A DNA stretch of 64,000 nt from Nitrospinales bacterium (GCA_965223795.1 CBDCXL010000002.1:1152001-1216000); one strand, 5' to 3'. Positions 48,058 through 57,753 are shown, numbered from the stretch's first letter. Numbers and translations: made by a program. The notes: generated by a model from the sequence alone, not told the origin.

Positions 48058-49542
48058 TTACGCACTGCAGCTCATTCGCATGTGCACGTAGGGCTCGGGG
48101 GTTTCCTTTGCGTAGGGGGCGGGATCGATGCCGTGGCGTTCGAATTCTTCGGGCCGGTCGCGGAACGGGTCCTTGAGCAGGATGCGCAGGCGTTTGATTT
48201 CGGTGAAGTCCTGCTGCTTGACGGCTTTGTCGATGGCGTTCTGCAACAGGTAGTTTCTCAGGATGTACTTGGGATTCACCGCGTCCATGCGCTGTTTTCT
48301 CTCGGCCGGGTCATCGTCTTCCCGTTCGATCAGTTTCCTGTATTGCGCGAGCCAGCCGGTGAGCGGCTTGGGGTCTTTGAACAGGGCGTGCAGCGATGCC
48401 GCGTCGCCGTCGGGAAATGCGGACAGGCGGCGGAAGAAGTTGCTGTAGTCGGCGCCGCTTTCATACAGCAGGTTGAACAGCGCGCCGGCGCATTCGGAAA
48501 ATTCTGAATCGTGGATTTGCAGTCCCAGCTTCTCACCCATCAACGCCCGGTACGCGGTGTTATACGTCGGCTGGTATTGCGCCAGCTCCTCCTGCAGGGC
48601 ATCGGGTCCGGCGTGTGCGACGAGGGTCTCGGCGAATTTGCTCAAATTCCAGTGGCCGATCTCGGGCTGTTTGGCGTAGGCGTAGCGCCCGTGCGCGTCG
48701 GTCAGGTTGGGGGTGAAGCCGGGCTGGAAGCGGTCGAGGAAGCCGAACGGGCCGTAATCGAAGGTGGCGCCGGTGATGGAGAAGTTGTCGGTGTTCATGA
48801 CGCCGTGGATGAACCCGAAGGCCTGCCACTGGGCGATCATGTGCGCGGTGCGCTGCACGACGGCGCGGAACAACAGGCGCGTCGCGTCGCTTTCGTCCGC
48901 AAACTCGGGCGCGTGGCGTGCGATGGCGTGCTTGAGCAGGGCGGCGAGCTGTTTCGGCCGGTTGCTGTAGTGCAGCAGCTCGAAGCTGCCGATGCGGATG
49001 TGGGTGTCGGCCAGGCGCACCAGGATCGCCGCCAGTTCGGGCGTTTCCCGGTAGATGAGATCGCGGATGCCGATGAGCGCGAGCGAGCGCGTGGTGGGGA
49101 TGCCGAGCCCGTGCACGGCTTCCTGCCCCAGGTACTCGCGGATGCTGGCGCGCAGGGTGGCGCGGCCGTCGAAGCCGCGGGCGAATCGCGTCGGTCCGGC
49201 GCCTTTGAGGTGCAGGTCCCAGATTTCGCCGGCGCGGTTTTCGATCTCTCCCAGCAGCAGTCCGCGCCCGTCCCCCAGCCGCGGGTTGTAGACGCCGAAC
49301 TGGTGGCCGGAATAGGCCATCGCCAAGGGCTGCGCTCCCGGTAAAGGCCGGTTGCCGGAAAGACAGGCGACGCATTCCGGACGCTCCGCCTGGGCGGGGT
49401 CGAGGTCGATCAGCGCCGCGGCCTCGGGATTGAAATCGACGAGGTACGGATCGGCCACCGGGTCCGGGTTCTTCGCCTGGAAGTGCTCCTCGCCCAGCGT
49501 CACGAAGCGGTTTTTGAAATTCAGGGTCTCGAGCGTGTGCAT
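48058..49542 (-). CDS. selO: Protein adenylyltransferase SelO (YdiU)
   Basis: YSGHQFG, LGDGRG, LKGAGPT, DGRA, HGVMNTDN, DYGPFGF, NPKYILRNY, C-terminal SCSA. Confidence 0.95.
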   Translation of the reverse strand: MHTLETLNFKNRFVTLGEEHFQAKNPDPVADPYLVDFNPEAAALIDLDPAQAERPECVACLSGNRPLPGAQPLAMAYSGHQFGVYNPRLGDGRGLLLGEIENRAGEIWDLHLKGAGPTRFARGFDGRATLRASIREYLGQEAVHGLGIPTTRSLALIGIRDLIYRETPELAAILVRLADTHIRIGSFELLHYSNRPKQLAALLKHAIARHAPEFADESDATRLLFRAVVQRTAHMIAQWQAFGFIHGVMNTDNFSITGATFDYGPFGFLDRFQPGFTPNLTDAHGRYAYAKQPEIGHWNLSKFAETLVAHAGPDALQEELAQYQPTYNTAYRALMGEKLGLQIHDSEFSECAGALFNLLYESGADYSNFFRRLSAFPDGDAASLHALFKDPKPLTGWLAQYRKLIEREDDDPAERKQRMDAVNPKYILRNYLLQNAIDKAVKQQDFTEIKRLRILLKDPFRDRPEEFERHGIDPAPYAKETPEPYVHMRMSCSA

Positions 49543-49623
49543 GCGTTCTCTCATGAGGGGGCTGTGCCTTCGGCGATCCCCGGGCATGGGAATGGGATGC
49601 GTTTTTCGCGTCCGGGATTCAAA

Positions 49624-49805
49624 CTCCTGAGCGGAGGGCGGATTTGCTCACGTCGGGCAGCAATTTCTGATTTGGGGTCCCAGCTCTTTTAGTTGAACCT
49701 TTCTCCCCGCCGGAGGGGCCCTTTGCTCACGCCGTGCGATGCTGTCGGGCGCGGCGCAGCGATCGCCGGGAACCCCGCTCTTGCGCAGCGGGGCGTGTGT
49801 CTGCG
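49624..49805 (+). repeat. Hairpin mini-array C (2 units plus decayed third)
   Basis: Cores at 49624 and 49703 (79 bp apart); decayed CTCTTGCGCAGCGGGGCGTGTG at about 49778. Confidence 0.8.
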
Positions 49806-49909
49806 AACAAAAAAATCGCTCCTGCGAACGGGCGGCAATTTCTTTGCTTTGCACCGGCATCTGACTTAGACTGACCCGATATCCAACTTGTGAAGGAGCG
49901 GGGGTCATC

Positions 49910-50377
49910 ATGAAGAAAGCCACATTCGGGGCCGGGTGTTTCTGGGGCGTGGAACTCGCTTTTGCCAAAATCGACGGGGTGACCGCCACGGCGGTGGGCT
50001 ACAGCAACGGTTCGGCGCCCAATCCGACCTATGAAATGGTGTGCACGGGCAAGACGGGCCATGCGGAGGTGGTGGAGGTGGAGTACGACGAATCGAAGGT
50101 CGCCTACGATCAGCTTCTGGAAACCTTCTGGTCGATCCACGACCCGACCACGCTCAACCGCCAGGGGCCGGACATCGGCACGCAGTACCGTTCGGCGATT
50201 TATTTTCACGACGGCGAGCAGGAACGTGCGGCGCGCGCCTCGAAGGACAGGCAGCAGGCGTCGGGCCGCTTTCGCAACGACATCGTCACGGAGATCGCTC
50301 CGGCGCAGACGTTTTACCGGGCCGAGGAATACCATCAGCGCTACCTGGAGAAACGCGGCATGGGCAGCTGCCATTGA
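49910..50377 (+). CDS. msrA: Peptide-methionine (S)-S-oxide reductase
   Basis: [40 protein letters not shown]. Confidence 0.97.
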   Translation: MKKATFGAGCFWGVELAFAKIDGVTATAVGYSNGSAPNPTYEMVCTGKTGHAEVVEVEYDESKVAYDQLLETFWSIHDPTTLNRQGPDIGTQYRSAIYFHDGEQERAARASKDRQQASGRFRNDIVTEIAPAQTFYRAEEYHQRYLEKRGMGSCH

Positions 50378-50446
50378 TCCCTGTGCCGTGCACGGGTTTG
50401 CAAACCGCCTGAAAAAAAACGCAGCATTGCCATCGAGGTCTTTTGA

Positions 50447-51115
50447 GTGCAGCGCGATTATGAAATTCTGAAGCTGAAACCGGGGGCGACCTGGCTGGAG
50501 GTCAAGCAGGCGTACAAGCAGCGCGTGCTGGAATGGCACCCGGACCGCTTTCCGGCGGACGACGCGAAGCAGCAGAAACGGGCGACGCGGATCTTCACGG
50601 AGATCACGGAAGCCTACGCCCGGCTCGAGGCCTGGCACACGCGCAAGGAACGCGGCCAGTTCGCGGAGGAGCAGCCGGATTACGACAACGTCTCCAGCGG
50701 CGGCGGTCCCTCGGGCGGCGAGTGGCAGGACTCCCGCGACCTGCCGCAGTTCATGACCCGCACCTGGGACAACGGCGACAAGTACGAGGGCATGGTCCTC
50801 AACGACATGATGCACGGGCAGGGGGTGTTCACCTACCGCGACGGTTCGGTGTACTCGGGCCAGTTCCGGTTCGGCAAGATGGAAGGCCAGGGCTCGCTGG
50901 TGTTTCCCAACGGCGACCGCTATGCGGGCGGGTTCCGCGACAACCGCTTCCACGGCCAGGGCAAGATGCTGTTCTCCAACGGCGACCGCTACATGGGCAG
51001 TTTCTCCAACGACCAATACCACGGTCACGGGGTGTTTATCACGGAAGGCCGGGTGTACTCGGGACTGTGGGAATACGGCTCGCTCACGGTCGAGGAACCG
51101 CCGCACGGCTTCTGA
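50447..51115 (+). CDS. DnaJ-domain protein with MORN repeats
   Basis: J domain with HPD (WHPDRF); five MORN repeats (YEG..MHGQG..). Confidence 0.9.
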   Translation: MQRDYEILKLKPGATWLEVKQAYKQRVLEWHPDRFPADDAKQQKRATRIFTEITEAYARLEAWHTRKERGQFAEEQPDYDNVSSGGGPSGGEWQDSRDLPQFMTRTWDNGDKYEGMVLNDMMHGQGVFTYRDGSVYSGQFRFGKMEGQGSLVFPNGDRYAGGFRDNRFHGQGKMLFSNGDRYMGSFSNDQYHGHGVFITEGRVYSGLWEYGSLTVEEPPHGF

Positions 51116-51322
51116 CTCCTGCGCGGAGGGTGCGAGTGCTCACGCCGTGCGCTGTTTTTTGAACCGGGTGCGGTGTGTTTTGGCGGGACCGATCTCCTGC
51201 GCTCCTCGCCGGAGGGGCGGTTTGCTCTCGCCGCACCGAGTTTTCCAGTTTGGCCGGGGTGATATCCGATCGAACCGTTCTCCTGCGCGCTTCTCGCCGG
51301 AGGCGGCGGTCTGCTCACGCCG
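51116..51322 (+). repeat. Hairpin mini-array D (3 units)
   Basis: Cores at 51116, 51202, 51290; GCTC(A/T)CGCCG at 51138, 51224, 51313. Confidence 0.85.
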
Positions 51323-51478
51323 GGCAAAGCTTTCTGGGTGAGCGCTGCGTTTTTGTGTCGGGCCGTGATCCCGAGCAGGCACAGGGTCGGCACACTCAGG
51401 TGGTTTCCGCAGCGTGTCCGTTGCCATTCTTTCGACCCGCATTCTTCTTTTTCTACTTTTTCATCTCTTTTCCGCATC

Positions 51479-51772
51479 ATGCCGGACTGGTCTGTGTATC
51501 TCATTCGCTTGCAAGACGGTCAGCTTTACACGGGCATCGCCGTGGACGTGGCCAAACGCTTCCAGGAGCACTCTCTGGGCGGGAAAAAAGGCGCGAAATT
51601 TCTGCGCGGCCGCGGTCCTCTGCGGCTGGTTTTCGAGCAGCGCGTCGGCAGCCGGTCGGCGGCGCTGAAAGCGGAGGCGCGCATCAAGAAACTCCCCAAG
51701 GCAAGCAAGGAGGAACTGATTCATGGGCGCTTGCGGCTGGATTCGCTGCTGGAAGGAACCGCTTCCGGGTGA
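51479..51772 (+). CDS. GIY-YIG nuclease (UPF0213/YhbQ-like)
   Basis: WSVYLIR..GQLYTGIAVDVAKRFQEH..GAKFLRGRGP..ALKAEARIKKL. Confidence 0.92.
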   Translation: MPDWSVYLIRLQDGQLYTGIAVDVAKRFQEHSLGGKKGAKFLRGRGPLRLVFEQRVGSRSAALKAEARIKKLPKASKEELIHGRLRLDSLLEGTASG

Positions 51773-51928
51773 ATCCGCGGATTCCCGCCGTATCGGCACC
51801 GGTGTTTTTTCAATCCTTTTGGGCAAAAAAACCTTTGGCACTCTTTTCAATTGGGAGTAAGTTAAAAGAACATCCCCAAAAAATTCAGACGTGACTGTGA
51901 CGGAACAGTACGGAAAGGAGATTGGAGA

Positions 51929-52180
51929 ATGAAAAAAATGCAACTTGCAGGTTTGCTCGGTGCGTTCTTGGTGGCCATCGTTTTGACAGGGTGCTCCTCG
52001 AAAGCGGGCAGCGCGGGTCTCGGGGCTTTGGGCGGCGCCGCCGCGGGTGCGGGCGGCTATGAGTTCCACCTGAAGAAGCAGAAGGACCGCATCGACGCCG
52101 ACCTGAAGGGCGGAAAGATCGACCAGAGAGAGTACGACATCCGCAAATCTCAGATCGAACGGGATTCGCTCCTTCAGTAA
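51929..52180 (+). CDS. Small lipoprotein with glycine-zipper segment
   Basis: Lipobox LTGC; AGLGALGGAAAGAGG; GGAGA RBS. Confidence 0.85.
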   Translation: MKKMQLAGLLGAFLVAIVLTGCSSKAGSAGLGALGGAAAGAGGYEFHLKKQKDRIDADLKGGKIDQREYDIRKSQIERDSLLQ

Positions 52181-52586
52181 CGGAAATTCCTCTTTTTTGG
52201 ATCCACGGCACCGGCGGGGGTGAACGCTCCTCCCGGTGCCGCATTCCCGCCTCTTCTTCATTGCCCAATCTGGCTGATTTACAGCAACGCCGGTTTTCCC
52301 GGCCGTTGCCGCTCACCTCAGCCATCCGCACCCGGCCGGTTTGGGAAAAGCCCGTTCCGGTTGGTTTTTTCATGACCGTTTCCTCCCCGTGAGTCTTTAA
52401 ATTTGCCTTTCCCGTGTCCAGTTTAAATGGAACCCGTCATTTCTCAGTGGTTTTGCCGGGCTTTACCTCCATTGGGGTATTTTTCACCGAACGCCTGTCT
52501 GACAAGGGATTTCCCGCGCGGGAATGAAAAAAAAACATTATAATGGTTCGAGCCTTTCAGATTGGATTGGGGTCACCGGGGAGACG

Positions 52587-53024
52587 ATGGGAAACGCACT
52601 CGCGTTTCTGAAACCGTACAGGACCTTAGCGATGCAAAAAGTCACGGCATTGACCATCACCCTCATCATCTGCGCGGTTGTTCTGTTTATGATGATGCTT
52701 CTGGACAGCGCGTTTTCCCGCGGCATGACCGCGTTCGGCGGCATCGGCCCGATCGCCGGACTCCTCCTCGTCATGGCGGTCATTCTGTCCTGCTGGCAGT
52801 ACTGCTTCAACCGGCTCCTGCCCGAGCGCGATTACCGGCCGTTTCTCGGGGTGGTGTGCGGCGTGCTTTTGAGCTACCTCATTTTCGAGAAGGTCGTGTT
52901 GCCGGAGCTTTCCGGTTTTTATGCGTTTTCCTTCCTGGTGCTGGAATTTTCCCTGCGCATGTTTCTGATCACCTCTGTGTACATGGTCACGCAGCGCGTG
53001 GGGGAATGGATCCGCGAACGCTGA
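52587..53024 (+). CDS. Hypothetical 4-TM membrane protein
   Basis: Four hydrophobic segments; GGGGAG RBS. Confidence 0.7.
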   Translation: MGNALAFLKPYRTLAMQKVTALTITLIICAVVLFMMMLLDSAFSRGMTAFGGIGPIAGLLLVMAVILSCWQYCFNRLLPERDYRPFLGVVCGVLLSYLIFEKVVLPELSGFYAFSFLVLEFSLRMFLITSVYMVTQRVGEWIRER

Positions 53025-53250
53025 AGCCCCTTTGCGGCCGCGCGGCCGGGACGTTGCCTCCCCTGCCGTGGCGCCGCTGACCCGCTCTTTTCCCCAAACT
53101 CCAATAAAATCAATCAACAAGCCGTTTTTCAGGCGTTTTGACACTGTTACAAAGTTGTAACGCCGGATTGACCCTGCTGTGATGCGGGTTTCCTATACTT
53201 TCGGTGTCTCCGGAATTGCTCCGGACTTTATCTGAAAGGGGTTGCCCGAT

Positions 53251-53988
53251 ATGATCCACAACAAGGCAGTGCATGCGGTCTGTTTGTCTTTTCTCCTCTG
53301 GGTTTGTGCGGCGGGTCTGCCTGTGAACGCCCAGGCGGCGCTGGAAGATTTCTGGAGTGTGCAAAAAATCCAGGAAAAACGCGATTTCTATCATGGCGAA
53401 TTTCCGGGCACGTCTCCGGTGCTGATGGCCCGGCTCAATGTCTCACCGGACACGCAGAAGGAAGACCCCATCGACAGCCTGCCGCGGGAAGCGATCGAGT
53501 TCAAAAACCTCGCTGAAAAATACGAGGAAAAAGGGGAATTGCAGAAAGCGGAAAAGCTGTACCTGCAATCGATGCGGGTGATCGTGAAATCCCTGGGCAA
53601 CAACCACCCGGTGTCCGCGTTCGCGCTGATCAATCTGGCGGACCTCTACATCCAGATGAAGGATTTTCTCAAGGCGGAACCGATGTACCTGCGCTCGTTG
53701 ATCATCATCAATAATTCGATGGGGCCGGACCATTTCTTCGCGGCGCTGGTGCTCAACAACATCGGCGGCATGTACAAGAAGATGAAGGAGTTCAACAAGG
53801 CCGAATCGATGTACCTGCGGTCGCTGGAAATCCACGAAAGCTCCCTGGGACCCAACCACCCGAATGTGGCCGTGCCGCTGAACAATCTGGCGGAGTTGTA
53901 CCGCATGATGGGGAATGATAAAAAGGCGGAACCGTATTTCCTGAGGGCGCTGGATATCTACAACGAATCGAAAAACCACCCGAACTGA
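53251..53988 (+). CDS. Exported TPR protein (kinesin-light-chain-like 42-aa TPRs)
   Basis: Signal peptide; repeats AE.MYLRSL.I....LGP.HP.VA..LNNLA. Confidence 0.9.
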   Translation: MIHNKAVHAVCLSFLLWVCAAGLPVNAQAALEDFWSVQKIQEKRDFYHGEFPGTSPVLMARLNVSPDTQKEDPIDSLPREAIEFKNLAEKYEEKGELQKAEKLYLQSMRVIVKSLGNNHPVSAFALINLADLYIQMKDFLKAEPMYLRSLIIINNSMGPDHFFAALVLNNIGGMYKKMKEFNKAESMYLRSLEIHESSLGPNHPNVAVPLNNLAELYRMMGNDKKAEPYFLRALDIYNESKNHPN

Positions 53989-54356
53989 GACTCCGGCCGC
54001 CTGGACCGCGGTTTTTTGCGGCCGCAATCCCGGAGACCCGCCTTTCGCCCTCTCCTCAAGTCGGACGCCGCTGTCGCCGCTCATCCGGTTATCGCGGTTA
54101 TCGGAAACGCGATATAGTTTGCCCTGCCACACACCAAATTCGGCATGCCGATTTTGCAGCCCTGTTCCTTCCACCCATCGCGAATCCCCGCTCAGCCCAA
54201 AATAAAACTATATTTATCAAATAGCTAAAGGTTAGCCAGCGGGCAAAAAAATGTCCTGCGGCCGGCTTTTAGGCTGGATTTGAATGTAAAAATATGACAA
54301 CATCGATCTCCTGAACGAAATTATTTTTGAGGAAGAACCACTAGGAGACGCGCCTC

Positions 54357-55799
54357 ATGAATAAGAACGGTATTTTTTGTCTGTGGGTTTGGCTGTGCGC
54401 GGTTGCGCTGCTTTTTGCCCCCGCCTGCACCACCATCACCACCCCCGCCATCAACGATGCCGCGAAAATCGGCGATTTCAACAAAGTCGACTCGCTGATC
54501 GCCCAGGGCAACGACGTCAACGCCGAAACCCGGGACGGCAGCACGGCCCTGCACTCGGCGGCCAAAAACGGCTACGTCAAAGTCGCCAAGCTTCTGATCG
54601 AAAAGGGGGCGCGCGTGAACGCCCGCAACCGCAAGGGCATCACTCCGCTTTACCTCGCGGCGAAAAACGGCCACAAGGCGCTGGCGAACCACCTGATCGA
54701 AAGCGGCGCCAACATCAATGCGCAAAACCTGGCGCGGGACACCGCCCTGCACGCAGCGGCGATGAACGGTCAGATCGAGGTGGTGCAGCTGCTTTTGGAC
54801 AAGAAGGCCCAGGTGGACCTGCAAAACCGCGACGGCGCGACGCCTTTGCATCTGGCCGCCGGGGAAGGCCGCACCCAGATTGCGGACCTGCTTTTGCAAG
54901 CGGGCAGCCAGGTCGAAGCGAAGGACAAATACCGCAAGCAGCCGCTGCACTGGGCGGCTTCCGGAGGCCATCTCGCCCTGGTGGAGCGGTTTCTGGACAA
55001 AGGCGCGAAGGTGGACAGCGCCGACCAGTTCGGCCTCACACCGCTCAATCTGGCGTCTTTGCACAACCACCGCAAGGTGGCGGAAGTGCTCATTCAGGAA
55101 GGCGCGAACGTGAATCCGCGAGGCAGCTCGCCTTTGTTTTCGGCGGCGCGCAAAGGCCACACCGATGTGGCGCGGCTGTTGATCGAAAAGGGAGCCAAGG
55201 TCGACGCGCGTGAGGAGGAGGGTCCGACACCGCTGCATTTCGCGGCCGGCGGCGGCTATGTGGATCTCGTCACGCTGTTTCTGGACAACGGCGCCAACTT
55301 CAACGCCAAGGATCTGGTGGAAAACACGCCGCTGCACAGCGCCGCGGCGGGCGGCCACGCACAGGTGCTGAAGATCCTGATTAAAAAAGGTGCCGACGTC
55401 AACTCGCAGGAAAAGGACGGCACCACGCCGCTGCATCTGGCGGCGCGCGGCGGGCACACGCTGGCGGTGCAGTCGCTGATCGACAGCGGCGCCGACATCG
55501 ACGCGCGCGACAAAAAAAACCTGACGCCGCTGCACTGGGCGGCGCAGCGCGGCCACCATGAGGTGGTGAAAATTCTCATGGACAAGGGCGCCCAGCTGGA
55601 CGCGAAAGACACCACTCAGGACACGCCGCTGCACCTTGCGGCGAAAAAGGGCCACAAAGCCGCGGCGGAGCTCCTGGTGAGCGGCGGCGCCAATCTGAAG
55701 GCTGTGAACAAAGACGGACGCACACCCATCGATCTGGCCGCGCGCATGAACCACATCGTGGTGGCGGACATGCTGAAATGGTACGCGTCGAAGCGCTGA
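54357..55799 (+). CDS. Ankyrin-repeat protein with lipoprotein-like signal
   Basis: About 13 repeats G.TPLH.AA..GH..V...LI..GA.VNA; N-terminal ...LLFAPAC. Confidence 0.93.
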   Translation: MNKNGIFCLWVWLCAVALLFAPACTTITTPAINDAAKIGDFNKVDSLIAQGNDVNAETRDGSTALHSAAKNGYVKVAKLLIEKGARVNARNRKGITPLYLAAKNGHKALANHLIESGANINAQNLARDTALHAAAMNGQIEVVQLLLDKKAQVDLQNRDGATPLHLAAGEGRTQIADLLLQAGSQVEAKDKYRKQPLHWAASGGHLALVERFLDKGAKVDSADQFGLTPLNLASLHNHRKVAEVLIQEGANVNPRGSSPLFSAARKGHTDVARLLIEKGAKVDAREEEGPTPLHFAAGGGYVDLVTLFLDNGANFNAKDLVENTPLHSAAAGGHAQVLKILIKKGADVNSQEKDGTTPLHLAARGGHTLAVQSLIDSGADIDARDKKNLTPLHWAAQRGHHEVVKILMDKGAQLDAKDTTQDTPLHLAAKKGHKAAAELLVSGGANLKAVNKDGRTPIDLAARMNHIVVADMLKWYASKR

Positions 55800-55834
55800 G
55801 GCGCGCTCGACCGGCTGGCTGATTCTTTTGCCGT

Positions 55835-55870
55835 AAAAAATCCCGCGGCCTGTGCCGCGGGATTTTTTTT
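55835..55870. terminator. Bidirectional intrinsic terminator
   Basis: AAAAAATCCCGCGGC-CTGT-GCCGCGGGATTTTTTTT between convergent genes. Confidence 0.88.
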
Positions 55871-55871
55871 C

Positions 55872-57068
55872 TCAGAACCGCGGACGTTCTTTAAGGACCA
55901 CCGCCACCTGCATTCTGCGGCCGCCGCGCAGGACTTCCACCTCGACCGTGTCGCCCACCCGCCGCTTTTCGATCTGCCGGATCAGGGTTTCCATCGACAC
56001 CACTTTCTTTCCATCCACGGACAGAATCAAATCCCCGCCGATGGCGAGGCGCAGGTTGCCGTACAGGATCTCGCGGTTGCCGCCGCGCAGGCCCGCCGCG
56101 TGCGCGGGGCTGTCGCGCACCACTTCCACGACCAGAACCCCTTCCGGGGAGGCAAGCTTTAAAGCCGAAGCCAGATTCGGGTTCATGGCCAGGCCGGCGA
56201 TGCCGAGCCAGGGCCGCTGGTAGCGTCCGGTGCTGATCAGCTGCGCCGCCACTTCGCGGGCCCGGTTGACGGGGATGGCGAATCCGATTCCCTGGTAACC
56301 GCCGGTTACGGAAAAGATGGCGGTGTTGATGCCGATCACCTGGCCGTTGGAATTGAGAAGGGGCCCGCCGGAGTTTCCTGGGTTGATGGCGGCGTCGGTC
56401 TGGATGAGCTCGAACAGGCGGCCGCCGTCTTTGTGCTCGAGCTCGCGGTTGAGCGCGCTGACGATGCCGGTGGTCAGCGTCTGCGACAGTCCGAAGGGGT
56501 TGCCGATGGCGATGGCTTTCTGGCCCACGCGCACCGAGTCGGAATCGCCGAGCACCGCGACGGTGGGGACGAGGGAAGCGGGAATCCGGATCACGGCCAG
56601 ATCGGACGCCGGGTCGGTGCCGATGAGCACCGCTTCGCTTTTGACGCCGTTGCCGAGTGTGACGGTGATCTTCTGCGCCTTGCCGACGACATGGGCATTG
56701 GTCAGGATGTAGCCTTTCTGATCGATGATGAAGCCCGATCCCTGACCGCCCTGAGGCACGACCTGCCGCCAGAAATTGAGGGTCAGGGTCGTCGTCGAGA
56801 TATTGACCACGGCCTGGTGCACGCGGTCGTACACGTCCATGTTGATCTTTTCATCGCTGGAGATCACGTTCGACGACGCCACCGTCTGGGCGCGCACGAA
56901 ATCCAGGTCCTGCACATCGGGGCGGCCCGCGATACGCAGCTTGAGTGAGGGCCAGACCTGGTTGAGAAAAATGGCGGCGATCAGGGTGGAAACGATCCAG
57001 AGCCCAACACGAAACGGGGAGCCAGAGGACAAAGACGCGATTCCTTCTAAAAGATTCGAATGAGACAC
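55872..57068 (-). CDS. HtrA/DegP-like trypsin serine protease with PDZ domain
   Basis: GSGFII, LTNAHVV, DLAVI, IQTDAAINPGNSGGPL, PDZ. Confidence 0.93.
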   Translation of the reverse strand: MSHSNLLEGIASLSSGSPFRVGLWIVSTLIAAIFLNQVWPSLKLRIAGRPDVQDLDFVRAQTVASSNVISSDEKINMDVYDRVHQAVVNISTTTLTLNFWRQVVPQGGQGSGFIIDQKGYILTNAHVVGKAQKITVTLGNGVKSEAVLIGTDPASDLAVIRIPASLVPTVAVLGDSDSVRVGQKAIAIGNPFGLSQTLTTGIVSALNRELEHKDGGRLFELIQTDAAINPGNSGGPLLNSNGQVIGINTAIFSVTGGYQGIGFAIPVNRAREVAAQLISTGRYQRPWLGIAGLAMNPNLASALKLASPEGVLVVEVVRDSPAHAAGLRGGNREILYGNLRLAIGGDLILSVDGKKVVSMETLIRQIEKRRVGDTVEVEVLRGGRRMQVAVVLKERPRF

Positions 57069-57414
57069 ACAACCGACACGTGGATTGTATCAAAAATCGG
57101 GCGGGACCTCACTTCGTGATGGATCTGAGAAGTAACGGGAAGGGTGCGCCTAAGAGCGCGTGCTTTTGTTTTGCAGTGCGGGTTTTCGCCAAGCGGTCTG
57201 GCATCCTCTCTCCACAACCGCGGACCGGAGGGGCCGCGCGGTTTGGATAGCAGGAACATAAATCGCTCAGAACGGTTGCACGGGTGGGCCCGGCCCTCGA
57301 TGCACAAATCTTAACTTTACAGCACCGCTAACATTGCAGAGCACGCATCCGCCCGTGGGAAATCGCTGCGATGGCAAAAATCGAATTCGTTGTTTTTAAA
57401 AAAGCCCTGCGGAA

Positions 57415-57753
57415 TCAGAAATGGGATTTACACTCGGCCTCGATTTCACGGTTTCCGATCAGATCGCATTTCTCTTTTTTAGAATCGATCACCGCCTGGC
57501 AGAGATTCTGCAAGTCGCGGCTGCGGATCAAGGAACAGTAATACGAGCTGTGGTCTTTGTTCTCGAACCGGTTTTGACCCTCATTTTTTCCGTGAGTGGG
57601 GTTGCTCATGGCCAGACACAGGTTGCGGCGGTCTCCGCTTTTTATTTTCTCGCAGTCGGACATTTTGGTCGTCTTGTCCTTGGCATGAACGGGTTGCACT
57701 AGAAACACTCCAAGAAACAACGCGGCTAGCCATAGTTTGCTGACACTTCTCAT
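57415..57753 (-). CDS. Small secreted Cys-repeat protein
   Basis: Signal peptide (..PVHA); three CxxI-x7/8-C units; AGGAG RBS. Confidence 0.75.
   Translation of the reverse strand: MRSVSKLWLAALFLGVFLVQPVHAKDKTTKMSDCEKIKSGDRRNLCLAMSNPTHGKNEGQNRFENKDHSSYYCSLIRSRDLQNLCQAVIDSKKEKCDLIGNREIEAECKSHF

Noticed and set aside
48058..48075. Selenocysteine at the SelO C-terminus
   Set aside because: The protein ends MSCSA-TAA with no in-frame TGA.
43359..51322. Calling the mini-arrays canonical CRISPR arrays
   Set aside because: Repeats are too degenerate, there are only 2-4 units, some spacers are mutually similar, and there is no leader or cas gene in the window.
51835..51852. TTGGCAC upstream of the lipoprotein as a sigma54 promoter
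   Set aside because: There is no GC at the -12 position (GG-N10-AA).
57070..57410. Possible ncRNA or riboswitch upstream of the HtrA-like gene
   Set aside because: Some hairpins are present, but I could not match any motif to a known RNA family.
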